In this document: one piece after another, positions 14,001-27,224 of the stretch
Position numbering within the stretch: the stretch's first letter is position 1
How the letters are laid out: every line of letters starts with the position of its first letter
Assembly: GCF_964355755.1 (NCBI RefSeq)
Contig: NC_092673.1
Span: 15,286,948-15,350,947 of the forward strand
Source: Antedon mediterranea
Taxonomy: Eukaryota > Animalia > Echinodermata
Length of the DNA: 64,000 nt
Direction of reading: 5' to 3'
Made by a program: the position numbers and the translations under genes
The notes under the pieces: model-generated
Database searches by the model: none
What the model was told of the DNA's origin: nothing
What the model saw: the letters and a program-made list of their open reading frames with translations, nothing else

Positions 14001-17000
14001 AATAAAATACGTAAAACTAAAGACATAGCATTTCCTAGACCTACATTATAGCAAATTTCAAATCAATACCCACGCATTAAATAACTCAAACATTCGAAAA
14101 AGCAAGTATACAAATTAGTTTGAATTAAAGCTAAATTAGGCTTTAAAATCGTCTAATTGTTGTCTCAGACGTGGGCTAATTTATTGGCTATACGCTATCG
14201 TACAATTGTATAACGTTCACTGTTATTAGTAAGAAGTAAAATGTACATTTCTAGAATTCTCGATCTAAACAAGTCGTAAACGAGTGGTTTAAGAACCTTA
14301 ATTAGTACAATTAGTAATCAGTAACTATGTGAAATTGAGTCTTGTTAGGTATCATTAAACTAATTGATTGATATCAATCTGTATGTTGGCATTGTTACCA
14401 ATAAACATCCTAGTCTATTTAATGGCCATCATCATCATCTGAATCATTCTTGATTTCATGACTTCATGGAGAACACATTAGTTTAAAGAGGAACTCCAAG
14501 ATTAAATTTTTTAAATAAAAAGCAACATTCATAATAATATAATATGTAATTTTTAATATCGTTAGTGTACAAACGATATGAATAATCACACCCAAACGGA
14601 ATAATATTTCTTATAGGCGTGACGAGAACAAAAATATATAAAAGAAAATTAACCATTTTTGGCCTACTTGTAAATAAAACAAGAATCTTTGGTAACAGTA
14701 ATATTTTTTTTAATTATTTAAAAAATATATTTACACAAATAATTAACATCACTATCAACTTCATTAATTGTTCGTATTTGTTTTGTAAAATATTAAAATA
14801 AATGTTTTTAAATGGAAATTAGCATTATCCACTAAATTACCATGAATGTTTTGAAGTTTTGGATTGCGTTTTAGGGCATTAGGTCTATAGAGATGTCAGT
14901 GCTTATTATTACAGGTGGGCTGCCTAAGTAAATTGTTTGCTGATCAGCAAAGAACTGGGTTTAAATCTGTTCATAATTTTTAATCATTAGCATTAGGACA
15001 ATTGTACAGAGAATAATAGACATGAAATGGACAATACCACCAATCCGAGTTATTTCAGCCAATTAAAATCATAAGCGCCTTGTTGTGGCTGGGGATACAA
15101 ATAACAAGCTTCTAAAAGGTGTGACAAGATCAAGTTAAATAATTGATAGCATTTGTCTTCGTTAATTATCTTCTTTTCATTATCATTTGGCTTTTTCTTT
15201 AGATTAATCTTTTGAACTTTAAGCAAATTGTGTTTAAGCGTAGAAAGTCGGCTTCTCGTGTTTTAGTTTGGACTGCTGAGGTGGGCTGAGGGGTATCTGC
15301 GTTTGTATTGCGCCTAATCCTATAAATCGGGTCCTCGACGGTCTTTTGACTGAGGGGACCTGAGGGAATACTTAGCTACACCTTAGCTAAATGTCTAATG
15401 TAAGGGTTTGTTTTATCCATACAGGCATCTATGTTTTGTTGTTCTGGGCTGATAGGAACCTTAATTTAAAGCTTTTTACTTACATCCTTAACATTCAAAC
15501 GCTTCGACACAATAGCAACACTTTTTTGGTCGATACCAAGTTAGTTCTATGAAAAAAAGAAAGAATCTTGATTGCAGGACGAGCACAGTTTGAAAGCTCT
15601 GTTATGTAGAAATAAATAATATGTTACTAGGCTATTTACTAGTAAACCGATTAGCCTACTCAAGCAGCCGACTAGTAAATTTCAAAATTAACTTAATTTT
15701 AACAGCCAGGTGAAACAAAATTATACTGTGTGGGAAAATGCAGAAATGAACAATAACCGTAACAAATAGTATTGTCCAAAACGATAGCATTTAAGCTTTG
15801 TACGTTAACTACGGCATGAATTACACTTCGTGTTGCTAATTAGGGAAAAATAGACAAATTAAATTTAGCGAAATGTAGCGTTTAATGTGCGGTCTTGAGC
15901 TAGGATAAAGAGTTTACCTATAGTGGTATTATGTACAGTCGGCTGCGGGTCTAAACTACCATGAAGGCGAGTTGGGTTTGCTTGGTTGGTTTATAGTGAT
16001 ATTTAGCTACGCTTATTGGCATTACAAGAACTGTGCTTTTAACTAAAATAAAGAAAATGACTCTGCATTAGTGTTGTATTGACAGCCACACATTATTTTC
16101 AGTAAATTTAACAAGTTTAATGAAACAGTTTTTAATCATCCATGGGGAACGGATTATCCTGAAACTTTTTGATTTTCTGCTCGTATTACTGATATCATAT
16201 GAAAGTTAAAGAGCACGAATAAATATGCTAATATTTGAAAATGTGTTGAATAGAGCAAAGTACAGTCACGTTGTAGTAGGCTAACTATAGACTGTTTAAC
16301 CAGAGGCATGGCTTATTTTTCTTCCTTATAATATAAGTTCTATAAAAATCCGATTAGGGAACATTTTGTTGTGTGGAATAAAAGTTAATTGTAACCCTTA
16401 TTTTGACGTTTATGTCCTTGGCTAAACCGCAAAGCGGACTAAATAGTTTTTGTGAAAGACAACAAATGAAAAGAATACTAGTTTTGTTAATAGTTAACTT
16501 CATTACTGATTTTTATTCGCTTGTAAATTTACCGACAACAGGGTTTTAATTTTATTTTGATGATTATCGTTTTTTCAAGAATAAAAGATGTAAACAATAC
16601 AAGCCTTCTGGCCGTAGATTATTATAACATTTGTATAGAAAGGCATGAGTGATCGTCTGTCTTGTTATTTCTTTCTACGCGAGCCCATTTCTATGAATAA
16701 AAAGTTCTTTGATTGAATTGTTGGATAATTTGAACGATTTTATCACAAGAAGATCAAAACAGTAATCAAGATAAGAAAAAATATACTAAATTGCGAGTAA
16801 TTATCAACACCTTTGATATCAATACTGAAATTAAAACGTGACAATTTTGAACCACAAAAATGTCTGCATTTGTTTTCATAACGAAAATGATATGTTTTTC
16901 TAGCGTGTTATGGATGTATTTTGATTCTATGAACAATACACTACATACACTGGGCTATACATTTTGTGTTTAAACAATTTGAATAATATAAGGAATAACT

Positions 17001-17462
17001 ATAACAATATTAATATTTTTAAAATAAAATTAATTATTAATTCAACTATATTATAATTTTTTTATTTGTTTTTAACTATTTAATTATTCATTTATATGGT
17101 AAAAAAATCAATTTCATAGAAATAAAATATTTATTGTCATTGAAAATGTCATTTTCGAATTAAAAAAACAAACATCGTTAATTAAAAAATCGTATCTTAT
17201 TAAAAAAAGAACAATTGGGTTTTTGTAAAATATGCTATTTTTTTTTATTTAGGTAAAGGTTTGGTTCCAAAATCGAAGAACAAAATACAAACGAATTCGA
17301 GCTGAAGAAGAAGGAGAACAAGACATGAAGAAAAAAGGGTCTCACCACGTGAGTCGATGGAGGTTAGAAACACAACAAGATGAAATGGAAGGGGATGAAG
17401 AGGAGGAAGAGGAGCTGGAGGAAGAGGAAGAAAATGAACACAGAGAATATAACATGAAATGA
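8053..17462 (+). CDS. EMX: Emx (empty spiracles) homeobox transcription factor, 3 coding exons: 8053-8446, 13430-13614, 17253-17462; ~262 aa
   Basis: Exon 1 has eh1-like FSIESLV and FYPWF motifs and ends CCAG|GTAAGT (phase 1). Exon 2 reads [46 protein letters not shown]. Exon 3 reads [14 protein letters not shown]...[16 protein letters not shown], an Emx-diagnostic homeodomain and C-terminal motif. Phases are consistent; TGA at 17460-17462. Confidence 0.97.
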
Positions 17463-19633
17463 ACAAATATATTAAAGACGTTTTGGAAACAAAATATTGC
17501 ATGTGACGTAACAATAACGTATATGAACGCTTATCGACGATACTTTTGTACGCGACAATAAGTTGCAACAATGGTCGAAACTGTTGCGACAACGCGGATT
17601 TTCTGTTGTATAGTGCTGCTATGAGAGTCGAGCGGAAGTGAATAGGCCTACAACAATACTATATACCACAGCTTTGCATGTTGCCAGTGCTTGCTAAAAG
17701 GACGTTTACATTAACGCCTCAGTTTACAACAATTTTTACCGATACGCTTAAAAATAATAAACTTATATCACGGTTTACACCATTGTTGAGTGATACCGTT
17801 TTTTATCTGTTACTTTCTTGAAAGGAAGACAGAAAAAACAATTAGGTTTTGAGCATTCACTTTTATTGTTTAGGTACATATATAACTGCATTGTTTTATA
17901 CAGCATTTAGTATTTGTTGTTTAGGCGACCTATTTATTCAAAGTGCAATTTTGATGTATAGAGCATTAGAAATATGTTTTTTTCTTTCATATTTTTTTGT
18001 ACGCTAAGTGTATACCAGACTTACTTTGCTAAAAGAACAATTATCTGACAGAGGCTGATGTCATCTATTTCGAATGCTATAATTATCCTAATTGATTTAA
18101 TATCATGCATAGTTCAGATACGGTACATCAGGTAAAGACACATTATTGACGGGCGGCGTACAAAAGCCGTAACCATCATGTTTTGACGCGCGCATCGAAA
18201 CGTGTCCTGATGACGTTTCAATTAATTTACCACAAACCATTGTTTCAATTGGTCATAACTCCATTATTTGATTTAATAACGTTACGACCATCATTTCATT
18301 AATCCAGAAATGTTGTATATAATTCACGATGTTCAGTGTTTCTATTCTATTTCAAACAATCAGTAAATAATATAGGCATAATGTAAATTAACATAATTAT
18401 GTACAGAATTCTCATAATTTGTTTTATGAAATAATTTTAACGACTACGTAGTGCAGCTATGCTGGTCGATTCATCAGTGTCATGAAAAAAATTATATTAG
18501 GTCTAGGCACTACATAATCTGATCAAGAATCGGTATCTTTGTGTAGGCCTAAAAATATAACTATCAAATCGTGTTCAACGAAAAAAAACAACTTTATAGA
18601 ATAAATTAAATTAGCGTTCTCCATCCACCGAAATATATTATTATATTCAAGTATAAACACTCTTCTTGGCTACGTTTAATTCAGTTTTAATATTACTAAA
18701 AAAAAGTTTAAACATGTTTTGTATGACTATATTATTTTAAAAAGGAAATAAAATTTCTACATTTAAAACAAGTACCGGTGTTTGATTGATATTTGTCATG
18801 ATCGGTATTAATGTTTTTGTATTTTTTACCGATAGCATATTCTCTAATGAAAATACGATAACACCCAGACAACAATCGATTACCGTACTAGTATACACCC
18901 TCAAGCACTAATTACTACAACTACAGATATCTTCACTAATAACGAAATAAAAAATCGGAGAAAGTATCTACTTAATTGGAATGTTCCCTGAATAAGAGAA
19001 GAAAGTAGTACTATTAAACCATATTTTTTCTTGTTAGATTCTGAGAAAGTGTCTTCTAGGAGGTCCTAATAGAGGTTCAAATTCAAACTGGTTACATTGA
19101 CATAATGTAGTAGGCCTACACCATGAATGTTGGCCGCGGTGTTGTATATTTCCCTAGAGCTAGAGTAGTTCACCGTGGACCCTAATTGAACTCATGAATG
19201 TGAAGGCTAACATGATCAATCACCAAACTACGGTAATTTAGTCATCATTCTTTACGGTTTATATACATTCACGAAACTAAGAAAACCACGCCTAGACCCG
19301 CTGAACAGCATTGTTATGTTACTCACTGTTTTCTTCGACTTGGAATATTATATACATCATCAAATATAACAATTGTGACAACCTATACGTTTAAGGCCTC
19401 AGTTGACCAATTATTCTGACCAAAATATACCTATTCATACTAATTTACAGGTTTATTTCCTTGTTAGGAATTCCTCACACAACAAACAATCATTCATTTG
19501 TGGCAATAAGTGGTTAATTATCATCAGTTTGAGGTTTGTGGCAAACTTCTAGCTGAAAATAACAAGTACAGGTCGATGAAAATGTCACTGAACTACGGGG
19601 CAACTAGCTTTAATAGACAACTTCATTAATTAA

Positions 19634-19816
19634 CAGTAGAACCTATAAGTTGACCTTCGGAACCCAACAGATTGTCCCCTAAGAATGGATGGTAAAACAT
19701 AACATATTTCCCCTTGTTCATTTTAGGGGAAAGCGGCCGCTTAAGGTGTTCCATGTATAGGTTGTCCCTTGAATATGGTGTCCTCTCAATGGGTGCCAAA
19801 AGGAGGGGTTCTACTT
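19634..19816. mobile_element. Tigger/pogo-like MITE (degenerate)
   Basis: Inverted termini CAGTAGAACC ... GGTTCTACT; related to 4670-4850. Confidence 0.55.
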
Positions 19817-22800
19817 TAAATCTAATGAGAATAATGAAGACGACATTTTTGACAATGTTGATATTGACGATAATAGTAAATTGTATAATCGATTCAATGA
19901 TACACCAATATCGATTGGAGCTTATCTAATAACAAAAGAATAACATTAGGGAAGGGTTCTTAGTATTGTTTTGTTTAATTAGAAGGATGGTCTGTAATTA
20001 TAGTAGTCTATTTCCATTAGTTGATTCAACAAGAGATTTTCTTTCCTCTTAGTTTAATGTACTTTATCTTTAGTTAGCCTACATAAGTATTATTACATTT
20101 CGAAAATAGAGTGATAAAATTGGATATTGGGCAATTACGGTATCTCATTATGAGGGTCAATACGTAGAAGTTACAAGAATATTGATTTCAGAATTACCTC
20201 TATCGTATAATTACCCAAACTGTCGACCTTCTCCAATTTCAATTGATTTCTTATTAACATCATCAGTTAATTACTTCAACACTTCAAATAAGTTAATTCT
20301 TGGTGTTTAGAAGTTAATTTATGGCAAGGTTGTTATTATCCGAGCGGTACCTTGTCAGGTAGGCTCATCAACAGGTAAACACTTTTTGGTGTGGTCAATA
20401 TGGTGGTCATTGATGAGGTCAATAACTCTTCGTGTTTATAACAATTAGTTGTTAATACATTCATCTGTGAATGTGGTTTAATGTTAAACATACTTATTGA
20501 GATTCCTAACTTTAGGACACCTATTTTTATATTCAGGGGACACCCTATATTGAGGTTTAATTATCAACATGGGTAAATCAATTTATATAGGCCTAGTACT
20601 AGTAGGTCTACAAATCGAAACATAATCATGGATTTAAAGCGCGTGTTCTCCGCCTTTAGATTTCTCTTGTCGACAGTTAGATAAAAGGTGTAATAGCCTA
20701 GCTCTTCAGTCTAAGGTTGATACATTTCGGACAACATTCAATAGATATACGTTATCATAATTCATTAACAAACACACATAGCTCACTTGATTATTATTTA
20801 CAGACTCAAATTGCGGTTACCGTTTATGATTTATTTGTCAATTAGATAAGTCATAAATTATTATTTATTTCTAAAATTACATACACCAATTATGGAACAA
20901 TCTATAGAGACCGTGGAAAGTGAGCTTTTCTTTGTACACAACATTAAACTAATTCCTTTCAACTGACAATGACGATATAATATGAAAAACAAACCTTTGA
21001 TTTTTAATAATAAAATTGAAAAATTAAAATGGGTTAAAAGGCTAAGACAACAATTTTATTTTTTAATGATACTATCTTGATTAAAGGCCGTTCACGAAAA
21101 TCAGTGGGCCTGGGCTCAGGTTTATAGATGACGGTCGTAAGATTCCACGGAGTGGGCACAGAAATACCACAAAGTGGCCAGACAAATATTCTCATCATTA
21201 ATACCGTTATCAACATGTTCATTTTTAGGTTACCTCAGCTTTGTCCGATAACAGCGGGGAAGACACACTCGAGTCGCAAAAGGTTAGACATATCGTCCCA
21301 ATGCCTGATCGATCTGTTTCTAATCTTCTGGCCTAAATCTGTCTGAATATGCATCATTATCTAACTCTATTAGTGCTATCATAACCTAAACAATTTAAAC
21401 TTATCTTTCAGGTCATGATCATCACAATTATTGCTCAATCATTGACAGTTACAGATACAGATATAGACATTTTGAAATTAAATCTCATGGTTCCGAAATA
21501 TTTGCAACTGCATTTTTTTCCTCGAAACCTATCCAATGTATTTCAACATTGGAGATCTTAAAATAGGCCTATTTCGTTTCTTCTTCTGAGTTAGTCCGAG
21601 TTAATTCCTCCTTTATAAAATGTCACCGATACCTAGTCGTCAATTGTGACGAGTTTTACTTAAAAATGTAAACATTTTTTAAAAATTGTAAAACTAGAAA
21701 TATAAATAAAGTATTGAATGCGGTGGCGATATCAAAACAATCGAATATGCAGTTATTTAAACAGTAGGCGTATGCATTTAAATCAATGGTTCAAGATATC
21801 TGTATCCGGTAATTTGGGAGGAATGAGAACATTTGAATTTAAAATAAAATCAATTGTCAACTTGATAGATTTTGAACACAATTGTTCAATTCAAGTCCAA
21901 CAATTTCTCACAATAAGGAAAGACTGAACTTAAATTTGAGCGAGAAACCCGATCGTAATGAAAGTGTTTACCCCGTAATGTCACAAACTTAAAATAAATC
22001 AAACTCCTGCTTGAAACTAAAAGATGGCGCAATAATAAACAAAATAAGCATGGTCGTACTACGTATGAAATTATAGGTCAAGGGTCATAGGCTCCATGAG
22101 CAAACGGTGATTTTTATTTCAAAGTTCTATAGGCCTAATCAATTTCATCAGTTAAATTTGTAGAAAGATTTTATCCTCGGGGGTAGGCTGAATGTAAATG
22201 TTTCTTCGGCAAATACATGATAATAAGAGCAAGGCCCACATTCAATATTGGATATTTATTATTTCTATTAAACGAGTAAAATGAACATTATAGGCTAAAT
22301 ATATAAATATTACTACAAGATACAACGAGGGCGCTATTTTGTTTATTAAATTTTAATAATTTACATTTAAAATAAAATACTTTTGCATTGCAAATTATCG
22401 AGAATAAATCAAATATGTTTTTGTCAAATCTGTTATCAATGAATATATCACGAACCACACCACGATATGCCGAAAGATTAGGTGCGCGTACAATAATGAA
22501 TAATAAAGTATCAATACTTGCACGCGCGCGTACAAAAATGGATGAAATATATCATCATTGTTTGTACGCGCGCGTGAACTATCATTAGAATGTAATCAAT
22601 GTGCTTACACTCCTGATGACTTGTGATAGCCATCTGTCAGGGAATATTAGCAAATTAAAGAAAGACTATTTTGGTAATAAAACAAAATGAATGTGCGCTT
22701 AAATTATTACCAATGTTATGGAATGCTAACCAATGAACATATGTATACCTCATCCACTTTGATTAGGTATAATACATCTCACAACATATAAACGATAAAT

Positions 22801-24315
22801 ATGTCAAACGTGGCGATAAACATCAAAGGACAAATGGTAGTAAATGCGAAGCCGATGAAACAAACTCAATAGAAGAAACTTCGAAAAACAAACGTAGAAA
22901 CATCAACAAAAATAAAGGCAGTCACGATAGATACATATATCATGACTATTAATACAACGATGGGATAAAACATTGCAAACAAAAGCAAACCAGACTGATT
23001 TTGATTTACGGTAGTGGACTGACGATATACGATTGTTGTATATAATTGTGATTATATTTATATACAAACAGGTAATTATATGTTTATCGGTATTGAACTG
23101 GATTAATGATAAATAATGTGTTCATTGTGCAGATTATATTATCTATTTTTATCATTATATATTATTAATGATTTTTTTGGTAGGTCCCTACCGTACCAAT
23201 CAAGAAATACAGGCAATTGTATGCATATATCAAAGATGTATTGTCCCCTTAAAAATATTTTTGTTGAATATGCCATTTTAATGTCACATAATTTATATAA
23301 AGTTATTTTTACAAAAATCAATAGAAGATCGAAAAAAAAATATTAACCTGAAAAACTGTAGTTTTTGGTTGAATGTAACCGTTTATTTTGTCTTTTTATA
23401 AATGAAAACATTATTTTATCAAAACTGCGAAATGGCCTATTCAAAGTATTTATATTTATCTTAATTAAATTAGGACTACATCTTTACATTTTATTACGTT
23501 TTTTTCTTTTTTGAAATCCATGCCATTTCAATGTCACACAACAGTTTACTTCTTTAAACAAAAATTTTATCGAAAAAACGAAATATTAACTTGAAAAAAC
23601 ACCACAACTTACAGGAAAATTAGTAAATCAAAGCCCATCTGTCTGTCTGTCAGACAACGGGTCTTTGGTTAAATTTAACAGTTTCTTTTGTCTTTTTATA
23701 AATCGGAAATAATTATTTTGTTTTGACTTAACTATTAAATTTTTTTTTACACATTTATGTATGCTTTTATTCGTTGAATATTTAGGCCCTACAGAAATCA
23801 CCTAACGTATAATCACACGTTTGACTACTGAGATGTTGAAGATACTAAATACAATTCATACAATTTCAAATTTAAGCTGTTAATGGTATTTCAAGATTGT
23901 TAAGATACTGATCAACTCTGACCTTGATGTGTTCCTTTTTACTTGAAAATAAATTGAAATAAAATGTTACTTTAAACAAGAAAGAAAGAATTCGATTAAT
24001 TTAATCAGAAGAGATTAACTTGTAACTCTATATAATCATTATTGTGTAGCTAAGTAACGGGATTAGACATATCACTGATAGGGCTAATCAGGTTCAATCG
24101 AACAATATTTAAATCGCTGCAACAAAAGTTACAGTACATTTTTTTAATGATACATAGTAAAATCAAATAACATCAGAGACCCAGGGGAAAATTCAGACAC
24201 TTTTATGGAAAAAATAATGAATCATTGGTTTTTTTTATCTCATATATTATGTCAACGGTAAATATGTTTTATGGATCCGAAGTAAGGACTCCGCCAAACC
24301 TACGCCCTCTCATAT

Positions 24316-24455
24316 CGGATCCACTGATTGTACAATGCCATACATGATTTACTTTGTTTTATGTTTAATTGTCATTTATTAAGGACCGGATCCACTGATT
24401 GTACAATGCGATAGTATATGATTTACTTTGTCTTATGTTTTAATTTTATTAAGGA
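24316..24455. repeat. Tandem duplication, 2 x ~71 bp
   Basis: CGGATCCACTGATTGTACAATGC...ATGATTTACTTTGT...TTTATTAAGGA at 24316 and 24387. Confidence 0.85.
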
Positions 24456-26032
24456 TGTTATGACTTCAAAATGAAAGGTGTGCCTTTACTTCAGTCACAA
24501 AACACAACCATTATCATCTTCCATTGTCGTTATAGGCTACATGCTATCATTATCCTTCATAACAACTTATAACGTCTCATTTTCAAATTTTTAGTTAATT
24601 TCACATTCATTCTAGTCATCTTCAATTTATTCTCACAATATTATAATAATGTAATAGTAAAAATCAGAGTTGTAAAAAATATGTAGAAGATGCAGATTGC
24701 TGGAGATACTTAAATAAGCCATTTAATGCTTTAACGTTCCACCAGGAAAAATAAAACTTATTTATCTCATATTATGTATAAATATTAAATAAGCATTTTA
24801 AGCGAAGTCAAAAAAATAGAAAAATTGTAAAAACAAAAATGAATAGGCCTGAATACATTTTAAAAATAAAGAATTGTACAAAACGATCTTGAATTTAGAA
24901 GATGTTACTAATAACTAATTGCATAAGGCCTACACATTTTATTAATAAATAAGGAATAACAACTTAAATATTTTCAAATTAAGTAGGCCTAAGCAATAAA
25001 TATAAATGTTGTTTTAATCAATTTGAGGGACCGCATCCAAACATTTCTACGTTGTTAGCTTCAAATCTTTGTATTGACTTCATATGTTTTTCACTGTTTT
25101 ATAAGAAAATACAAATAGGCCAACGATAGATAAAGTAAACATTTGATCCATTTTAATGGAAGTAATGAAATACTTCATCGCTTATAAACTATTTGCCAAA
25201 CAAATTTACCTAACAATATTCATTAAAATGTTTGGAAATGCTTAATCCGGGTATAATTATAATGTTTGTTTATTTTTACAAATTCTAATTCTTCTCGTCT
25301 CTTCATCACCTTTTGGCTCACCTCTTCCTGATTTCGTGTAGAATTGAATACAAGCATAATAGCCAATTAAATATAAGTATCATATTACACGTTATAAGAG
25401 CTTCTAATCCTTTTGCAACATTTGGACACCTGGTCCAGGTGTCATCTTAATAACAATAACTTTAGTTATTATGGTCTGATCACTTATCTCTGTATACGCC
25501 TATAGCGTACAAACATTCCGGTGCAAAATATTCCTAATAGTTATCGATTTTGTAAGACCTTGAGAGGCACCTATACATGACTACAAATTGTATGATTTCA
25601 TGCACTTTGAAGCCTCGTCATTGACCAATTAATTAATCGCAAAATATTTCTGATTTTAATCGGTGAATTAAATTAAAGTTGTACTTTCAAGTATTGAATT
25701 AATTATTTGTTTATTCATCAGTTACAAAAGGTGTTAAAACGTAAATCACGATATACCGGTACCCATTCACGTGGTTAACGTTATTATTTTAATTCGTTAA
25801 AAAATATTCCTGGCTTGAAAACACTTTACAATCTTAAGACTTCTTTAAATTATTTCAATTAAACGCAATATTTTGCAAATTTAAAAAATTGAAATTTCAA
25901 CCTATTTAGTTTTAAATAACAACTAACAATCTCTTCCAAACCCTTATTATATACACTTATATTCCCATAATTCTTAGATGATTAAATATTTTTATATCAA
26001 TCAATTACTTGTTTTCTTCAAAAAACATTGGC

Positions 26033-26250
26033 GACTAAGAACTTCAAACCGACGTAAAGTCAAGTTATAACGCGACAAATCTAAGTTTAGGCATAGGCCT
26101 ATGTGTTCTTTGGAAATAAGAATACTAAGTTCAACCGACGAAAAGTCAAGTTCTTACGCGAAAAATCATGTTTAGGCTTAGATGTGTTTTTTAGAATAAG
26201 AACTAGACTAAGAACTTCAAACCGACGTAAAGTCAAATTCTAACGCGAAA
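26033..26250. repeat. Diverged tandem repeat, ~2.5 x ~87 bp
   Basis: ACTAAGAACTTCAAACCGACGTAAAGTCAAGTT..ACGCGA recurs three times. Confidence 0.8.
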
Positions 26251-26342
26251 GTGATCAAACTAAAGCAAGTATAGTTAATTAGATAATTGTTTCATAGGCT
26301 CAAACACTTTGAAATTTAATTAAGTAGTTGTAGTTTCTATAA

Positions 26343-27224
26343 GGCCCCGTTTCTGCTGCCAAAAATATACCGTATATATACGGTATATTTTATATACGGT
26401 ATATTTTTTGGCAGCAGAAATGGGTCTCATAAAAAATATACCGTATATATATGCGGTATATATACCGTATAAATATCCCCATCGTTTGTGGATATTATAC
26501 GGTATATTCCAAAATATACCGTATATTTCGTACCCCATTTCTGCTGCACTCAAAATATACCGTAAATGTGGCCAGACTCGTGACACGAGGTCAAAAACTA
26601 ACAGAGCGCGACGCGTTTGTTTTGGTTTTTCTGCTGCATTGAAAGTTGAAACACACGTGTAAAAGCAAGCAACAGATCAAAATGTCACTGTGGACCGAAC
26701 AAATCACTATTTTTGCAATTCAATTGTGGGGGGAAGCGAAGGTTGGGGGGGAGACTGCATGGCAACAGAAGAGATACCGAGATTTTAATTACAATAAATC
26801 GAATGTTCTTACACGACAACAACGTGATGTAAAATCATGGTAAAATACTGTATAATAGAAAATGGAAATTAAAACGGCAATATAGGATAATATAGCATAA
26901 TATAAACTCAATTTGAATAACAGAGTTTATTTATACAGTAGTGACATTTCTAGATTGTGCTTGTATGTGCGGTGTAAATTCGTTGCCACTTCTGCTCATT
27001 AAATTTAAAATAGAAAGCAATGCTGTCATGTAACCTCACTACACGAGACTCTAGGTCAATCCATACTTCCGTCTCACGAAATGCATTTTGGGTAATGAAA
27101 GCCAACTTTTTTACAACCCACCCACGAAGTATGTGCAGCGGAAACGGTGCACGAATTTCATATACGGTATATTTATACGGTATATTTATACGGTATATTT
27201 TGGGTTGGCAGCAGAAACGGGCCC
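26343..27224. mobile_element. PIF/Harbinger-type non-autonomous DNA transposon (882 bp)
   Basis: TIR GG(C/G)CCCGTTTCTGCTGCCAA at both ends; TAA TSD (26340-42, 27225-27); many ATACCGTAT/ATACGGTAT subterminal repeats; no transposase ORF. Confidence 0.88.

Noticed and set aside
17245-17592. 115-aa minus-strand ORF
   Set aside because: Antisense shadow of Emx exon 3 (poly-Glu read as Pro/Leu).
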